Shown one piece after another: positions 23,686 to 26,233 of a stretch of 26,233 nucleotides of DNA. Within the stretch, counting starts at the first letter, position 1, and each line of letters opens with the position of its first letter. The notes under the pieces were generated by a model. It ran no database searches and had not been told where the DNA came from. It saw nothing but the letters and a program-made list of their open reading frames with translations. The stretch lies in IMG/VR virus record IMGVR_UViG_3300032270_001987, positions 1 to 26,233 of that record. The stretch is one strand, 5' to 3'. A program made the translations under genes and the position numbers. The DNA comes from a virus (taxonomy: Duplodnaviria; Caudoviricetes).

Positions 23686-26233
23686 CTAGTAACCTAGGTT
23701 TGAGCTTCCGAATACAGTCCATGCAGCGCTTCGACGCACGAATGTAAACGAGAATATATCTATTTTCCCAGCAGATGATGTTGGTGTTGGTGCAGCGCCG
23801 TTTGCCCATTTAATTGTTTGCGCAGAACCAGCTACTTGAACTACGTTGGGATAGTAACCAGTCGCTCCTTGTGTAACAAAAATTACAACGGTGATTGCTT
23901 TGCCATCATCGGTTGGAGCATTTGTGAGATTCACCGTGAAGTTGCTTGCTGGAGCAGTCCCAACATAGAAAATATCTCCAGTTGAATAGTCCGCCGTAAC
24001 AGCGCTCGCAGAAACGGATACATCTGCAACGGATTCTCTTACGGTTGTTTTGTCTATTCTTCCAGAAATTGCAACATTTCCAGTTGAGGTTACATTTGCA
24101 AATGTTACAGATGCACTTGTTGACACGTTTTGACCTATTGCAAGAGTTCCGCTTGCATCCGGAAGGCTTACAGTCCTATCTGCAGTTGGGTTAACAACGG
24201 TTAGGATTGTTTCAAAATCATCAGCTGTACTACCTTCAAAATAAATCACATGGGGTTCTGGGAGATAGATGCCATGAATAACTGGGGTTTGACCAGTTGC
24301 AGTAATGGTTGGTCCATTAATGATTGGCGTCGTAAGAGTTTTATTGGAAAGAGTTTGGGTTGTATCTGTTCCAACCAGAGTTGTAGTTGCGTCAGGAAGG
24401 GTAATTGTCCTATCTGCAGTTGGGTCTGTTGCAACAAGGGTTGTTTCATAATCGTTTGCTGTATCACCCTCAAAAACAACTCCGCCACCGACGGTGACGC
24501 TTCCGGCAACAGTGAGATGACCCGGGTCGGAAATGGAAGAAGATGCAAGAATTTGAGCTGAGCCCTGTATCTCTGTCTTGCCTCCGCCAACTGCAGCGTT
24601 TGAAGTCACTCGCACGAACCTGGTTGCCTCTTGGCTTATCAATTCAACGGTGCCAGTGTTTGGTGCAATAAACCTTATTCCGCTAGCCGTTCCAGCATTA
24701 TCAGCCAAAAGCGCACTTCGTGCTCTTCCGTCAGTGAAGTATAAATTTGTAGTTCCCTCTGTTACGTTGTCAGAGTTACCCGTTGTATCGGTTCCTAGGT
24801 TGATTGGGTCATTGGTCCAATAGCTTCCATTCCACTTTAGAAAATCTCCCGATGCAGGGGAGTTGAAAGCCCGCACTGGACGAACATAGAGTGAGTTACT
24901 CTTTGCGGAAAAACCTTGTCCGCCGTCACCTAGATTTTCATATTTGGCTTGTGTTGCGCTGTGTTCCGTAGAGCTCCAGTAATTATTGCTAAGCAATCCA
25001 GGAATAGTGCCAGCTTCTAAACTTTCGACTGCATAGAGTTCTTGTAACTCATCAATTGATGGAAGGAACCAGTCTGAAAAACCACCATATTCATATCCGG
25101 ATGCGTATGCAGCCGCGCTAGTTGCGGAAACATTTCCAGACTGAGCAACAATGTCTATTGTGTTTTGAGAACCGTATCCAATTGCAGTAAAATCAGCACC
25201 AGAAACTGCTGTTGTCCGGTTTGAGTTGACATTTGTAGCCCAACTTCTTTGAACCTGGGACGCAGATGGTGCAACTTCGAAATACTTTCCAGTAGAGTTA
25301 CCAACCGTGTCTGGAGTGATAAAAATTATCCCGCCAGCCGGGCCAGTTGCACCAATTTGATATGCGGTTGAAACATCTGGGAGGTCGCTAAGGCTTGTAA
25401 GAGCTGCTGCAGATATGTCAGCCGTGGTCCCAATTTCTAGGTATTCGCTGCCATCTTCCGTTATTTCCCACTTGTCAGATGTCTCGTTCCAGCGAAGCGC
25501 AACGTTCGTTGACGAGCCACGCTCTACTTCTATTCCAGCATTTTGACTAGGAGCGCCAGTGGCGTTGTTATTGAGAATGATGATGTTGTCATCAACGGTA
25601 AGTGTTTCAGTATTGATTGAAGTTGTTGTACCAGAAACAGTCAAGTCTCCAGTTACTGTCAAATTTGCAAATGTAACAGATGCGCTCGTTCCTACGGCTT
25701 GGCCAATTGCGATTGTTGCATTAGAGCCCTCACCGGGAGTGTGTGTAATTGTTACACCGGTGCCCTGAGTAAGGGCCGACACGTAGTTGCCAGTGGTGTC
25801 TGTACCAAGTGCGACGCTATTTGGCTGAATTGCCGTGGAGATTGTTGCATTTGCGGAACCGTTAAACGAAACAGAACCAGAAACATCACCACTTAGAGAG
25901 ATTGTTCGTGCTGTTTCAAGTGTTGTCGCAGTAGATGCATTTCCGGTTACATCGCCAGTTACATTGCCAGTCAGGTTTCCGGTAATTATTCCGGCTGGAG
26001 CTGGTGCGACAAACGACCGAACAGGACGGATGTAATATTGGTTATTTTTGTATGGAGTGTTTGTAAGTCCGTCAATAAAGCTTTGAAACCAAAAAGCTTC
26101 ATTAGAAACTTCGGACGAACTGGAGTAGTACGAGGATATAAATCCACCAACAACAACTTGGTTGAGATATAGTTCATTCAATTCATCCTTCGATGGCAAG
26201 AACCAATCTGAAAAACCTCCGTAGGTGTATTCA
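23686..26233 (-). CDS. Long tail-fibre-like protein with at least two DUF1566/Lcl (C-type-lectin-like) domains (5' partial)
   Basis: The frame is open to the window end (EYTYGGFSDWFLPSKDEL). Two DWFLPS.DEL..LY...SS.E...Y.RPVR.F domains; fibre modules shared with the 938-aa protein; C-terminal IKWANG..P.......DIFSF domain. Confidence 0.85.
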   Translation of the reverse strand, partial: EYTYGGFSDWFLPSKDELNELYLNQVVVGGFISSYYSSSSEVSNEAFWFQSFIDGLTNTPYKNNQYYIRPVRSFVAPAPAGIITGNLTGNVTGDVTGNASTATTLETARTISLSGDVSGSVSFNGSANATISTAIQPNSVALGTDTTGNYVSALTQGTGVTITHTPGEGSNATIAIGQAVGTSASVTFANLTVTGDLTVSGTTTSINTETLTVDDNIIILNNNATGAPSQNAGIEVERGSSTNVALRWNETSDKWEITEDGSEYLEIGTTADISAAALTSLSDLPDVSTAYQIGATGPAGGIIFITPDTVGNSTGKYFEVAPSASQVQRSWATNVNSNRTTAVSGADFTAIGYGSQNTIDIVAQSGNVSATSAAAYASGYEYGGFSDWFLPSIDELQELYAVESLEAGTIPGLLSNNYWSSTEHSATQAKYENLGDGGQGFSAKSNSLYVRPVRAFNSPASGDFLKWNGSYWTNDPINLGTDTTGNSDNVTEGTTNLYFTDGRARSALLADNAGTASGIRFIAPNTGTVELISQEATRFVRVTSNAAVGGGKTEIQGSAQILASSSISDPGHLTVAGSVTVGGGVVFEGDTANDYETTLVATDPTADRTITLPDATTTLVGTDTTQTLSNKTLTTPIINGPTITATGQTPVIHGIYLPEPHVIYFEGSTADDFETILTVVNPTADRTVSLPDASGTLAIGQNVSTSASVTFANVTSTGNVAISGRIDKTTVRESVADVSVSASAVTADYSTGDIFYVGTAPASNFTVNLTNAPTDDGKAITVVIFVTQGATGYYPNVVQVAGSAQTIKWANGAAPTPTSSAGKIDIFSFTFVRRSAAWTVFGSSNLGY

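Larger units (their letters stand above)
1..26233. mobile_element. Segment of a large tailed bacteriophage genome (fibre/virion gene block plus modification-enzyme island)
   Basis: Long co-oriented S/T/G-rich fibre-like ORFs with an Mtd-N-like N-terminus and a Gly-rich domain; overlapping or abutting genes; many 2OG-Fe(II) oxygenase paralogs, as is known for aquatic phages; no housekeeping genes. No capsid, terminase or integrase in the window, so free phage versus prophage cannot be settled. Confidence 0.85.

Noticed and set aside
24865-26233. Two Lcl-like domains as a DGR template/variable repeat pair
   Set aside because: Both lie in frame within one CDS, differ at all base types and by indels, and no reverse transcriptase is in the window. 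A DGR elsewhere in the genome is not excluded.
18986-26233. Recurrent Ser-Ala-Ser tripeptide in the fibre proteins as a modification sequon
   Set aside because: Many occurrences belong to one repeated module, and the proteins are Ser/Ala-rich. Enrichment cannot be shown without counting against a background.
1-26233. tRNA, rRNA, intrinsic terminators, integrase or att sites
   Set aside because: Intergenic gaps are short. I saw no cloverleaf, no GC hairpin followed by a U-tract, and no recombinase.

Overview
This window looks like a segment of a large tailed-phage genome. No capsid, terminase or integrase gene is present, so this is inferred from gene content. The right half (14403-26233, all minus strand) is a tightly coupled block of virion/fibre genes: Ser/Thr/Gly-rich fibre proteins with Mtd-N-like, DUF1566/Lcl-like and glycine-rich domains. 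It ends in a small two-FN3-domain protein whose C-terminus is a (Pro-Pro-Tyr-Phe)2-(Pro-Pro-Phe-Phe)8 repeat. Directly downstream on the same strand starts a dense array of modifying enzymes. It holds eleven Fe(II)/2-oxoglutarate oxygenases (nine prolyl-4-hydroxylase-like, one PF13759-like, one Asp/Asn beta-hydroxylase-like), a sulfotransferase plus a truncated paralog, a DUF6065 protein and a methyltransferase-like protein. It also holds a membrane di-iron desaturase/hydroxylase, a cyclopropane fatty acid synthase (cfa) and a Rossmann-domain protein. The leading hypothesis is a phage-encoded post-translational tailoring system acting on the PPFF-repeat virion protein, with a separate lipid-remodelling module. 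Most non-overlapping gene starts have a TANNNT box 6-7 nt before the ATG, which suggests leaderless transcription and possibly an actinobacterial host. All family assignments come from motif recognition by eye, not database searches.
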